NCBI GenBank assembly: GCA_040954595.2
Contig: CM082590.2
Coordinates: 310,001 to 374,000 of the forward strand
Source: Balanoglossus misakiensis
Taxonomy: Eukaryota; Animalia; Hemichordata
Length of the DNA: 64,000 bases
Direction of reading: 5' to 3'
Position 1 is the first letter of the stretch. Each line of letters begins with the position of its first letter. The notes under the pieces were generated by a model. It was not told the DNA's origin. It saw nothing but the letters and a program-made list of their open reading frames with translations, and did no database searches. This document shows, piece after piece, positions 1 to 12,300 of the stretch. A program made the position numbers and the translations under genes.

Positions 1-629
1 GTTTGCACAAGAGGGAAGCACTTTTCTGGGGATGTAAAACATTGCCTGAACACGTCCAGTCCCTCCACTGAATTTATCTGAGACGTGATCAATGAATAGT
101 CGTGCAACATTATTATCACACAATGCATTGTGAATGTGAGTGAATTATGGTACTACAGCTGAATTATTTCCGGTTATAATTTGTGATTTCCGTTTTCCTG
201 GAACTTGGAAGACAGAGGTGCCCGGGGAGCTGGTGCTGCTAGGTTGACTGGTTTACTGGGGGCTGCGAACACACTCAGCACTCGCTACAATCATTGCAGC
301 TACCCCAACCCCAACAAGTGGGGGCATTTGTTAAATTCGTTGTAAAACTTAGGGGCCGAAACGATTGGAAACCGTTGCTTAATCGTGAAGGTTGGCCACA
401 AACCACATTTGACCCGTATCGCCCGAGGTGGGCACCCTCGCCGAGGGGAGACTGTTAACCAAGGCAAAACCTCGAGCTACTGAAATCAGCTTAGCAAAGG
501 GGAATCTTACACAACGTCATACACCAAACATATGTGACATACTTACGCACTAGCGGCGAGTAAGGCAGTCATTGTATCCAACAGAATCTAGCCAGTTCGC
601 TAAAACCACAGGTGCTCTTAAGATATCTG

Positions 630-915
630 CGTCAAGTTTTGTTTTTGACCGAAACGCCCACAGTTCATTGCGCTGGGCTTCTCCACTACGTAATGACCCC
701 GTGACCCCAAAACCGCTAGATTCAAAAAATTTTCAACAACAGCCAGCTGATCGCTGTTATCGAAGATCAAGTTGTCTGCTTGTACAAACAGCACAGAGAC
801 GTACTTTTGAACAGAAAGCCATTCAAGAGAAAATGATGGGAAAGTTTATTTTAGCGCGGTTTATGGGGTCACGGGGTCATAACTTAGTGCATGAGTAACC
901 CAGCGTCAAAAACAA
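630..915. repeat. Palindromic MITE-like element
   Basis: Inverted arms CGCTGGGCT..ATGACCCCGTGACCCC..AACCGC at about 670-718 versus 852-906. Confidence 0.55.
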
Positions 916-1322
916 AATGGCGACCTATACATCAAGTCTGGAAAAGACGGCGGTTGAAGTTTTTTGGGGCATATTGAGCCATTTGGACGTAATTGTGTCA
1001 CTCTGACTGTGATAATTGTGATTTTATGGAAAACGTGATACATTGGCAACTTTATTTATATGTAGGTATTTGATTTCGTAGAGTTTCCGTACATGACTCA
1101 TTTTACGTGTCCGACCTTCTCCTTCCTTCGGAAGTCGCCCCTAGCAGATCCCCCCATTCGCTCTCCTCTGTGACAGCACAAGTCCACGAGCACCTGTGGC
1201 TAAAACCAGAACTGTCTCTCTCTTGGTAAAGATTTGACACCATCGCTACCAGCCTCTCAGATCCAGAGGGCGCCGTCAATGACCTTTGACATTTCAAAGA
1301 CGTAGTGCGTTAGTTAGCTGTT

Positions 1323-1495
1323 TGCCTCTCAAGAGGGCGCCATCAATGACCTTTGGCTTTTCAGATATGCGGTCCAAGACGTCTCTCCAAATCCACTTCA
1401 GAGCGCGAGCTCAAACCAGAACGGATTTGGAGAGATGTCTTGGACCGCGTCTCTGAAAAGCCAAAGGTCATTGACGGCGCCCTCTGGAGAGGCAA
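1323..1495. repeat. About 170-bp near-perfect palindrome (MITE)
   Basis: TTGCCTCTC.AGAGGGCGCC.TCAATGACCTTTGGC...GCCAAAGGTCATTGACGGCGCCCTCTGGAGAGGCAA; a partial extra arm lies at 1255-1295. Confidence 0.7.
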
Positions 1496-1505
1496 GTATC
1501 GCTGT

Positions 1506-1890
1506 CCAGAGGTCGCGTTTACGCAAAAAGTATGCGTATTTGACGCAAAAAATCCTCACTTGACGCAGATATCTTAATCAGTGCGTCAATATTGACGCAT
1601 AGGAACGGCCGCTCTATATGCACAATGGTCAACGGAAACCATATGCGTGATACCGCATACCGCTGACTATCCCCCTGGGATCAAAATAATCACTTGTGCG
1701 CGCAAACATTGTACTCAAAATGTAACAACCACTAGTGCGCCCAACCTTTTGTACCCAAAATGTAGCTAATTTTGTTTAATGAATATTGAACTAGACATGT
1801 CTAGGACACAGGCTGAAAGGAGTTTGACGCATTTTTTTTTATGAATGCATCAAAAAGACGCACTCAAAAAAATGTTACTGCGACCTCTGG
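1506..1890. mobile_element. Small TIR element (hAT-like termini)
   Basis: TIRs CCAGAGGTCGC / GCGACCTCTGG with multiple TGACGCA subterminal motifs; TSD not resolved. Confidence 0.55.
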
Positions 1891-3384
1891 CTGTGTGTAT
1901 GTATATGACGTCATTTCACAGCCATATTGTTGAAGCCAGCCATCAGACTCCTTATCTTGGAAGTTTCTGATGTTTCATTGAATGACGCGATGTCGTTCCG
2001 AATTTGAAATCGCCTGCGAGTGACCTGACAGTTCTACAAGTGGACACGCATTTAATGTCTGATCCCGTTTGAAAACAATAAGGTAACGTAGACCGTCGTT
2101 TTATAACAAGATCAACAGCAGCGTTTTGCGATTCGCCGCGACAGCTTCAGAGTCCAAAACATTTTGCTACCAAATACATGCAAGTACCGTAAGGATAGTG
2201 TTCACTGTTTGATTACCTAGTAGCGGAGCGGCCAAACCCCAATTTTCATAGCGATTGTGCATTTTGTGATAAAAGCACCAAACTTGGCGCAGATGTGTGT
2301 TACTGTGTACTAAGCAAATTCAGATAGCGAGCCACTTAAATATCTGTTAACGGGTAGCCATGGCAACCATTTTTCAAAATGGCCGCCACTACATTAATCT
2401 TCCCCACAAAATAACGACTGAAGAACACCAACTTAATTTCAGATTATGATATTTGAAACCAGAAACTATAGAAAGGGTGATTTACAAAGTATTTGTGGTC
2501 ACCGAAATAGTTATAAATACAGAATAAAGGATAACACACAGTTTAATGTCTACAGTGGAGCGGCATAACAGATCGATTGTGCATTTTGTGATAAACGCAC
2601 CAAACTTGGCTCAGATGTGCGTTAATGTGTACTAAACAAATTCAGATAGCGAGCCACAATATCTGTTGATGAGTTTCCATGGCAACCAATTTTTCAAAAT
2701 GGCCGCCAATACAGATAATCTCACCCACAAAATAATTATATATAATTCCCCCGTATTTCGAACGAGTGTGCCTGCGTCGCGGACGAGGGATTCCCCTATA
2801 GCGGCCGTATCCTCTGAGCCCCAGGCAAGGAGGGATACAGCTATACGGGGAATCACAAGGTAAAACTAATCGTCGATCGTCCATATTTACACATACGAAA
2901 CATTTTTTTTATCTTTGCTTATTTTTTATTATCGAAATAAATCCAACAATTGCACTGAATTTTGTCGCCCTAAGGGGACTTTGTTTACAAGTTTAAAATA
3001 GTTCCATTTGGTGACGTCAGAAGGATGGTAATTACAATAACGCTTGGTGCAAATTTACCTACGTCTGACGTCATACTATGGTATATGCGGAGCTATGTAT
3101 GTGATAACAATTATAAAACACCAAAATAAAGTCATATTACAATATTTGAAACAAGAAACTGCTCAAAGAGTAATTTTCAAAACATTTATCATCACTAAAC
3201 TAGTTATAGGGGTAAATACAGGATCGAGATTCAGTCGCTAAAGAAATTCAAGTTTGGTAATAACCCCGGTTACAACAAACTTAGTTAAAACACTGTATAA
3301 CCATAGATATATTATAATAGTGGCCTGGCATAAACAAAATTTTCATGATGTTTATGTTCTTTATTCGCTACATTGCAAATGATT

Positions 3385-5315
3385 TTTTATGTCCCATTGG
3401 TTTTTACCATGGGACCTTATGGGATCGGTTGCGTCTGTATGTATGTATGGATGGATGGATGGATGGATGGATGCATGTCTGTATGTCTGTCCACATCAAA
3501 AACTTGAAAACCGCTGCGCGTATATCCTCGATATTTGGTGTGCAGATGCAGGCTGGGCTGTAGATGGGAGTTTGTTCAAATGAAGTTGTCATTGCCAAAA
3601 ATATGCAAATTAGCTGGAAAATGTGAATTTGGTCAAAACTCAGTAACTCAAGAACTACTGGTCAGATTGCTTTGCAAAGTGGTGTGTATTTACTTTATTG
3701 AGTTGTTTTAATTAGGCAGGAACTCCTGTGTTTCATTAGTCCTGTTTCAAAATGACCTACATTACACGTCCTATACACATGTATTGCATGTTCTGATTGG
3801 TTTATCCGCTTCTCTAAGGTCCACTTGCGGCACGCTGATTGGAGGGACCTTGTAGGTTAGGTCTTATTACTATGCATTATTCACTTTACAGCTCCCTGAT
3901 TGGTTAACGTGTCAGTCTGGTCCCCCATGTGTTCACTGTCTCATTATACAGGACCTTGTAGGTTAGGTCTTATTAATATGTATTTATTCACCATACAGCT
4001 CCCTGATTGGTTAACGTGTCAGTCTGGTCCCCCATGTGTTCACTGCCTCATTATACAGGACCTTGTAGGTTAGGTCTTATTAATATGTATTTATTCACCA
4101 TACAGCTCCCTGATTGGTTAACGTGTCAGTCTGGTCCCCCAGTGTTCACTGCCTCATTGTGAAATGTCCCATGTGCTTCCTGGCTAGCGTTGTGGTAACA
4201 CATTATTCGGTATGTCCGCAGATCATTCATTGATTTTCTGAGAAATTGCCTGACTGATACTATCTCCAACATAAACCGCACCGTGGAAAGATTAAATGAT
4301 TTTTAGATGGACTTTGAAAATCTGATTAACTCATCTAAGCATTTTTGCTAACAGTTGTATATTTTTTTAATCACCCTCCTACTTCTCATCATCAACATTA
4401 TTATTGTTGTTTTACTATTTTAAAGTAAATTTGTTTTGACGAAGATGTTGTGATAAGGACCACGTTGTCCGTTTATACATTCCTATATTGTTTTCATAAA
4501 AATGGAACTATGACGGTGCAGCTTCGTGAAAGAAGTACAATAAAAGTTATCATACCTGCAAAGCAACTAATGAGGTATCCCAAAGAAATGCAATGCTATT
4601 CTAAACAATTCTATTGTAAGATATTTTTGGTTTGCTCGAATGAATAGCACACACTTTGTATTCAGCCAGGTGTTACACAAAGTGATGCGCTGAAAGGCAT
4701 TACGTAACAAAACACTAGCCCATTTCAACAAACCGCCACTGGAAATAAAATACGAAATTTCTCCTGGCAATTTTTATTTCGAGTATCTAGTTCACAGTAT
4801 CACATAAAATGCCATGAATAGTGAAGGAAAAGGTGAAATCCAATCATTATACGAGTGCCTTTCTTTATACACTGGGATCGAGCTTCGACAACGCGCAGGC
4901 AGCATGGCAGACAGAATACGACAACAGTATTCAGAAAGTACAAAAAACTTTGCATAACGAGGCAGTGAAAACTGGAGACCTACACATTAACCAATCAGGG
5001 AGCTGAAAATTGAATAAATACATATTAATAAGACCTAACCTACAAGGTCCTGCATAATGAGGCAGTGAACACTGGAGGACCAGACCTACACATTAACCAA
5101 TCAGGGAACTGTAAAGTGAATAATACATAGTAATAAGACCTAACCTACAAGGTCTAGTGAATAATACATAATAATAAGACCTAACACATAAGGTCCCTCC
5201 AATCAGCGTGCCGCAAGTGGACCTAAGATTACCAGATGGACCAATCACAGATGTAGGTACATATGTCATGGACCTGACTTATGAAACAGGACTATTTAAA
5301 CACAGCAAATTCCTG
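3385..5315 (+). mobile_element. Helentron-associated (HINE/DINE-1-like) family A copy, split by a foldback insertion
   Basis: Has the GTCCCATTGG...CCATGGGACC inverted repeat and an (ATGT/ATGG)n microsatellite. Same family as 6166-7135, 37975-38400 and 51413-51980. Confidence 0.6.
3737..5294. mobile_element. Foldback element with TAG termini and about 120-bp tandem subunits in both arms
   Basis: Ends TAGTCCTGTTTCA / TGAAACAGGACTA; three tandem units at 3845-4160 are mirrored at about 4955-5200. Confidence 0.7.
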
Positions 5316-5319
5316 AAAA

Positions 5320-7193
5320 CATTCGCCGTCCTGATCCTATGTACACTGTGTCCAATATAGGGAATGAGGCTCCTTACACCTCAATTATAAATTTCTTAAA
5401 GTAATTGAAGTATATTGTTGCAATAAAGAAATATATGAATAAATTAAAATGACAAGTCAATACAATAGTTGCTAGAAATGGTAAAACAAGAAAAGTGGTG
5501 GTGGTGTCCCCCTCCCACATAAGAAAATTTTGTAAAATATGGTGCTCAAAGTTGCATTTTAATGAACTCTAAAGCAAAATAAACCAATTTTACTTTTGCC
5601 ACTCCACTTCAAGTAAGCATCGGTGGGATGTGGTGGCAAGAAGTCTGCCCAGGTACACTAGATAAACCAGCCAATAAATGAAATGTGGCGAAGAATGAAG
5701 GGGTGGGTTTGGGAGGGGTGTCCCCCTCCCACATAAGAAAATTTTGTAAAATATGTAGCTCAAAGTTGCATTTTTATGAACTCAAAAGCAAATTATCTTT
5801 TGGCCACTCCACTCAAAGTTAGAAGATTTGGCGTTATCTTCGTCATGACATCATTCATAAAACTTCTAGTATATAGAAGATGCAGCGCGAAACTATCACT
5901 TATGCGAAATGGTTTAAACGATTATTCTCCCTTATGTATTTACTTTGTTAAATATTATCATCGGTGGGGTTGGGGTGGCAAGCACTCTGCCCTGGTATAC
6001 TAGACAAACCAGCTAATAAATGAAATGTGGCGATGAATGAAGGGAGTGGGTTTGGGAGGGGTGTTCCCCTCCCACATTAGAAAATTTTGTAAAAGAAAGG
6101 GCGCGAAACTGCAATTTTGTGGACTCAAAAGCAAAAGTATGTGACCCCCCCTAAACGTTTAAAAAATAGCGTCAAGGACACTGTGGTCCCATTTGAGGAT
6201 TATGCGGAAACAGTGACACACCAGAATAAAAATTACAGGTAACATTGCAAGCAGATATGATCTTACGATATAGAAATATGGAATGTAAAAAAATTAACAA
6301 GGAACATGCCTAATAAACTGTCAAATTGCAGAGCAATCTGGCATGCGGTTTTAGAGAAAAAATATAGCTGCAAGCAGCAATAGCGGGCCCAAGCCAACAT
6401 AGCAACATAGCAATAAGCATATCTGCTCTGGATGCCAAGATATGGAAAAGTAGGTCAAAAGTCACCTGAGGTCATGCAAAATTTGGGCAAGAAATTTTGA
6501 CCCTATACTGGTCCATGTTCAACAAAAACCAAACCTATAGCCCTATTGGATAGCCTGGAATTAGGTATGCGCATAATTAATGTGTTAAGCAGGTGTTACA
6601 GGTGAGCCCAAAAATTCGCCTTTTATTTTGGCCCCATTGTGCTTACTGACCAATAGACAGTAACTGTACAGGACTATTTGCACAGACCAGAATTCCACAA
6701 TAAGACGTGGGACATAGCTTAACCATTGGGGTATAAGTAAAGGTATAAATTTAATAAAAAGACTAAAAAATTAATAAAAAATAAAACATCCATGATATTA
6801 ACTTAACACTTACAGGTCGATGTGAGGTTCACATAAGGTACATGCATACCAATTTTTAAAGCAATCTGACCAGTAGTTGTTGACTTTCAGAGTTTTGATA
6901 AATTTCACATTTTACAGGCTAATTTGCATATTTTTGGGCCTGGCAACTTCGTTTGAACAAACTCCCATCTACAGCCCTGCCTGCATCTGCACACCAAATA
7001 TCAAGGTGATACGCGCAGCGGTTTTCAAGTTTTTGATATGGACGGACATACAGACATACATACATACATCCATACAGACGCAACCGATCTCATAAGGTCC
7101 CATGGTATATAGGCCTATACCAATGGGACCTAAAAAAACAGATGACCCCCCTCCCCCCCCCCCCTCCCCCGGCCGTAAAAACTGAACGGTCCC
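5320..7193 (-). mobile_element. Harbinger-type MITE, inverted partial copy of 29877-30820, interrupted by HINEs
   Basis: 5324-6165 is the reverse complement of 29975-30660; the terminus AAACTGAACGGTCCC followed by TAA lies at 7179-7196. Confidence 0.65.
6166..7135 (-). mobile_element. HINE family A copy containing a HINE family B fragment
   Basis: The 3' sub-TIR and palindrome at 6166-6192 match 51415-51440; the microsatellite and 5' IR are at 7040-7135; the GCTGCAAGCAGC..GGGCCCAAGC family B end is at about 6365. Confidence 0.55.
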
Positions 7194-8233
7194 TAATGGT
7201 AGGCAAAGTGAAAGGGCACATGACATAAACAGGAATGAAAAGTTTTTGTCAAATATTTGGGTGACCTCAGGTGTCCATTGACCTGCTTTCCATATGTTAG
7301 CATGCACATCATATATAGCCACGTGTCTGGAGGGGTAGGGTAGGACCCTCTGCGTCATGAAATGCTAAATTCCTGGGGCCACCTGTAACTTACTTGCGTA
7401 ACTCATTATTATGGCCATATCTAATTTGACCAACCCAAAGGGCGAGGATTTTCCGTTGTCTTGAATATGAACCAAATAAGAATCCTAATTTTTGGCCCAA
7501 TTTTTGGGTACCCTCACCTGACCTTTGAAGTACTTACTGAAGTACTTACAACGTAGAAGTTCACCTTTGGTTGTTGTGTTTGTACTTGTAGGACATGCAT
7601 TTCGGGTGGTTGCCTACTTCCCCATATCTCAACATCGAGAGCAAATACAGCCTACGCATTTGAATGGTACAACCCTGAATGGAGTCTAATAGTTATTAAC
7701 TCTATGCTTGGGCCCCTTCAATGCTGCTTGCAGCTTTAATTCAAGTCGATGTTTATCTGAAAGCCTGCTTGTCTATCGCTATTTTGTTGCACGTAATTCA
7801 AATACAATTTCACGCAAAAAAAATTTGCTCTTTACGTACACTGCATGTAAAAAATAAAATATCAAACGCAAGCCCTGAAAGAATAAAATGATAAAGTGAA
7901 AATAAGCTTCAAAACACCAAAAGTCTTCAGGATCACAGCTTTTCTGTAAAGAGTAAGATTTCGCTTACTTCATGCTATTAAATGAAATGAGGTTTTCCTT
8001 GCAAAGTCAGATCCTTACACATTGAGATATAAGAATGGAAGTACATTCCAAGTGACTTGTTGGGAGCATTGGGCCACCTAATCCTAGAAAATTGCAATAA
8101 GACCTGTTTTTCCATTTACCAATCTAAAGGCCAACTGCTTGTATATTTAGTTGGGTTTCTATAATTAACACACATTTTTGACAATATTTATGGCATGATG
8201 AACACTATTCTCGACAAATAAAATAATGTTGTG

Positions 8234-8821
8234 TGTTACGGCCAAAATTGAGCCGTGTGAATTTTGTGAACGTTTGAGTTCGATTGCAAGACATTAGGTT
8301 TTTCTTTTTGTTCACTTGTTCGCGACGCGTACGTCAAGCACAGATTATTTATGGAACATTACGTCATCGGGTTTGAGCATTCTAGATTGACATAGATGTA
8401 GTTGTTTATGTAGTACACTGATCGCCTGGGTCTCCCGAACATTATTATTTGTCTTTTCGATCAACGCCAGATTGCTTATTTACAGTTCAAAACCAGTACA
8501 AAGCTGCGTGAGAACATCTTTGTTAGAATCGCAGCTTTCCACAGCTATAACACAGTTTGTACGTAATTTGATCGCAGCATAGTTTGATTTGTGTGTGAGG
8601 AGAGAAAGTGAGAACTATCGGAGTCTAGATTAGGTAACGGGGCAACTGGCGGACAAAGTTAACGGGACCCTGCTCTGGCGACAGTGGCTACCACAGACGT
8701 TAAACTTGTTGTTCGACCACAGAAGTTGCTGAATAAAGTTCGGTATGTTATAGCCAAACAAGCTGTGATATCTGACATTTGTACATCACGCAGCAAATTA
8801 TCGTCGATTTCAACCGTAATA
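8234..8821 (+). repeat. 5' LTR of BEL/Pao element
   Basis: Termini TGTTACGG...CCGTAATA; AATAAA near 8731; matches 15822-16107 plus 16794-17096. Confidence 0.93.
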
Positions 8822-9216
8822 CATTCTAACAAAGACGTCCTGTCAAGTTAGGCCTGGATTCAGATTCTTTGTTAGAATCGCAGCTTTCCACAGCTATAAC
8901 ACAGTTTGTACGTAATTTGATCGCAGCATAGTTTGATTTGTGTGTGAGGAGAGAAAGTGAGAACTATCGGAGTCTAGATTAGGTAACGGGGCAACTGGCG
9001 GACAAAGTTAACGGGACCCTGCTCTGGCGACAGTGGCTACCACAGACGTTAAACTTGTTGTTCGACCACAGAAGTTGCTGAATAAAGTTCGGTATGTTAT
9101 AGCCAAACAAGCTGTGATATCTGACATTTGTACATCACGCAGCAAATTATCGTCGATTTCAACCGTAATACATTCTAACAAAGACGTCCTGTCAAGTTAG
9201 GCCTGGATTCAGATTC
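8517..9216 (+). repeat. Tandem 349-bp duplication of the distal LTR, PBS region and leader
   Basis: 8517-8865 is repeated at 8866-9214 with TC microhomology at the junction. Confidence 0.93.
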
Positions 9217-9319
9217 GGATTTGAACTTGAAGCACACGCATTAGTGTGAAGACTTTGAATTGTGCGTACATCTACGAATATAGGACTGAAAACGATATCA
9301 TCGAAACAGACATTGGATC

Positions 9320-12300
9320 ATGGCTTCCGGCAGTACACACGGCAGTGACGCTGGGATGCGATATATATTAAATGATGATCGAGGTCAGCAAGATGTTGCT
9401 GAAGCCAAAGGATGGGACAAAAAGGAAGTTGTCTTTCTTGGGCATAGAAGGGCGGGTCTTGCCTCTCGTGTTACTGTTTGTTACACGAAACTATGCAAGT
9501 CATATGAGGACAACAGACCATTGGAAGAGCTGGAAGAAATATACGAAACTCTTGAGGATGCCTTTTATAGGTTTAAAGATGTTCATATTCAGTATGTTGG
9601 TCTCATCGAACCGGATGACAAAGATAATCATGGACGCCTTGCTGATCATTTCAAGCATATGGAAGATGTTTTGATGCAGGCTAGAGACAGATGTGAAGCT
9701 GCATATTCCAGAGGAATTAGTAAAGCTGATGATGAAATAACCCCTCAAGACAGTGTTTCCATGGCGGGTTCATACACTGATTCCAAAGTCAGTAAAGCTA
9801 GTAGTACTGCATCAAGTGCACTAGCAAAGCTCACCGCAAAGAAAGCCGCTCTTACAGCAAAGGAAAAAATGATAGAAGATCAATATGCCAGCAAAATGAG
9901 CATTAAAGAGAAAATGGGGAAAATGATGTTGGAATTACATCGCAGTAAGATTGCAGCCATAGAAAAGGCAGAGGAGGCAGAAAGAGAATTACAGAAAAGG
10001 AAGCGGTATGTGGAAGAAAAGGCGATCGAGGCAGAAGTTGAAAAGGAGTGTTTGGAGCTGAAGGCGATGAGAGATATGCAGAAACTTGATATGGAAACTG
10101 AGTTGGAGGCCACTAGGGTAGAGGAAGAGACATTAGCAAGGCTGATTGGAGATGAGCTTGCTCTATCAGCCATAAAGGTGGAACCCTCTGCTGTACAGTC
10201 AACTGAACGTCATGTGCCTGATACATGTATTGCAGAGAAGGCATCTATGGAAAAATCACACCATAGTTCAAATTTGAATCCTGCAGCGGCTGAGTGGGGG
10301 CCCACTTCAAAGGCACAGTCTCCAGCAATGTCAAAAGTGGATGCTACTTTCCCGTCTGTTCCAGCCAGTAAGGAAGCTCAGGAAGAAGGACCCTCCAAGT
10401 CTTCTTCATGCTCTCGGTTGCATGCATCATTAAATGAGGACATCATTGATGAACAAGTCCGCACATCAGCAGCAGTTGAGAAAACTGAAGTATTGGAAAA
10501 GGGTGGTGTGGCAATAAAAGAAGACAACACGGTTGCACAACGTCAACTCTTTGATGCCATTCGGGTGCCTAAAACCAAGATTGCGGAATTTGACGGCAAT
10601 CCTATGCGATATGCAGTTTTTATGAGCTCATTTGACAGTTTTGTGGACAAATCTACAGTGAATGATGCTGACAAACTCACTTGCCTACTCGAGTACTGTG
10701 TAGGAAAGGCTGGTAAAGTTATAGAACCCTGTGCATTGATGGAGCCCTCTGAGGGTTACAAAAGGGCCAAACAGCTGTTGAAAAAACGCTTTGGTGATCC
10801 TTACAGTATAAGTCAAGCATGGGTCAATAAAATAGTCAACGGACCGCCTTTACGACTGAATGATGGTGAAGCCCTACAAGAGTTTGCAGATGAAATCAGG
10901 GGGTGTTTGGAAACACTCAGAGCTATCAACCGTGTGGGTGATATAGATTCCCAAGAGAGGATGGTAAAGGTTATGACGCGTTTACCTATGTATCTACAAT
11001 CAAGGTGGAGAAAATATGCATATCAAATCAAGACAGGCAGAGGCAGATATCCTGACTTTCAAGAGTGTGTTGAATTTCTTGAAAGAGTAGCTGAAGAAGC
11101 TTGCGACCCTGTCTTTGGGAAAGTTGAGCTGCAGTCAAAGGCGAAGGTGGATAAAGGTCGCAAATCGGTCACCAAGGGAAAAGGTGCCAGCTTCAATGTA
11201 CAGGCTACCAGTACAAGTACACCCAAATACGGACATGCATTTTCCAATAACAAGCCAGCAAGCGCCAGACCACAGAGCAAGCTGAATTGTCATATTTGTG
11301 GCCAGGGACATTCACTGACAGTTTGTGAACAGTTCAAGAAGATGACTCCTGTGCAGCGAGTTGAAATGGTGAAGAAAAGGGGATTGTGTTTTGGTTGCTT
11401 AGACTATAGCAATCATAGTCTCCGCAATTGCAAACGAGCAAATGTGTGTCCTGTAAAACACTGTGGTAAGAAACATGCAGTCCTACTTCATGATGGGTTT
11501 GTTTCTACACCACCAACAGGCAACACAAAATTACATGTAACTGTAGGACCAAAGACTGATACTGATCAGAAGGTACAGGAAGAAGTACAAAGCTACGCTT
11601 GTGGCCAATCAGCACAGGACAAACTCTCTGTAAAGATAGCGCTGCCTACTGTTTCTGTTTATGTTAGAGGAAAAGGTCAGAGCAAGTTCATCAAGACACA
11701 AGCACTGTTGGATTCTGGAAGTAACAGAACATTTTGTTCAACAGCGCTGGCTGACCAGTTGCAGTTGAAGGGACAGGAAACCTCTCTGTCTTTGGAAACT
11801 CTTGGAGAAGACAAGAATGTTGCCGCTACGGAAGTACACCTAGAAGTTACTTCCGCTACAGGTCGACGTAAAACACGCCAGATAGTGGACTTGCCTCGAG
11901 TGTTTGCATTGCGGTCATTTCCTACACTGACACGAAATGTTGCAAGTGGTGATATTGCTAAGTGGAGCCATCTACAAGATCTCAAGTTACCACAAGATGA
12001 CTTGAGTAACATTTCATTGATAATTGGGCAAGATAATCCTGCTGCACTCATCCCATTAGAAGTTAGGCATGGCCGACTGGATGAGCCGTATGCAACCAGA
12101 ACTGTCCTAGTTTGGATGGTAAACGGACCTGTTGGAAGATCATCTGATGATTCTGTATCCAGCTACTTCATTCAGGCGGGTTTGAAGAGCAGAGATGATC
12201 ATTTGGAGTCACAGGTTGAGCAATTTTGGAAGTTAGACAGTGCACCAATTCTTGCCAAGTCCAAACCACATCCGTCTCAAGATGACAAGAAAGTAATCAA

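Noticed and set aside
3845-4160. About 120-bp tandem repeats as a possible array system
   Set aside because: The units are contiguous with no spacers and are mirrored at about 4955-5200 as arms of a foldback element.
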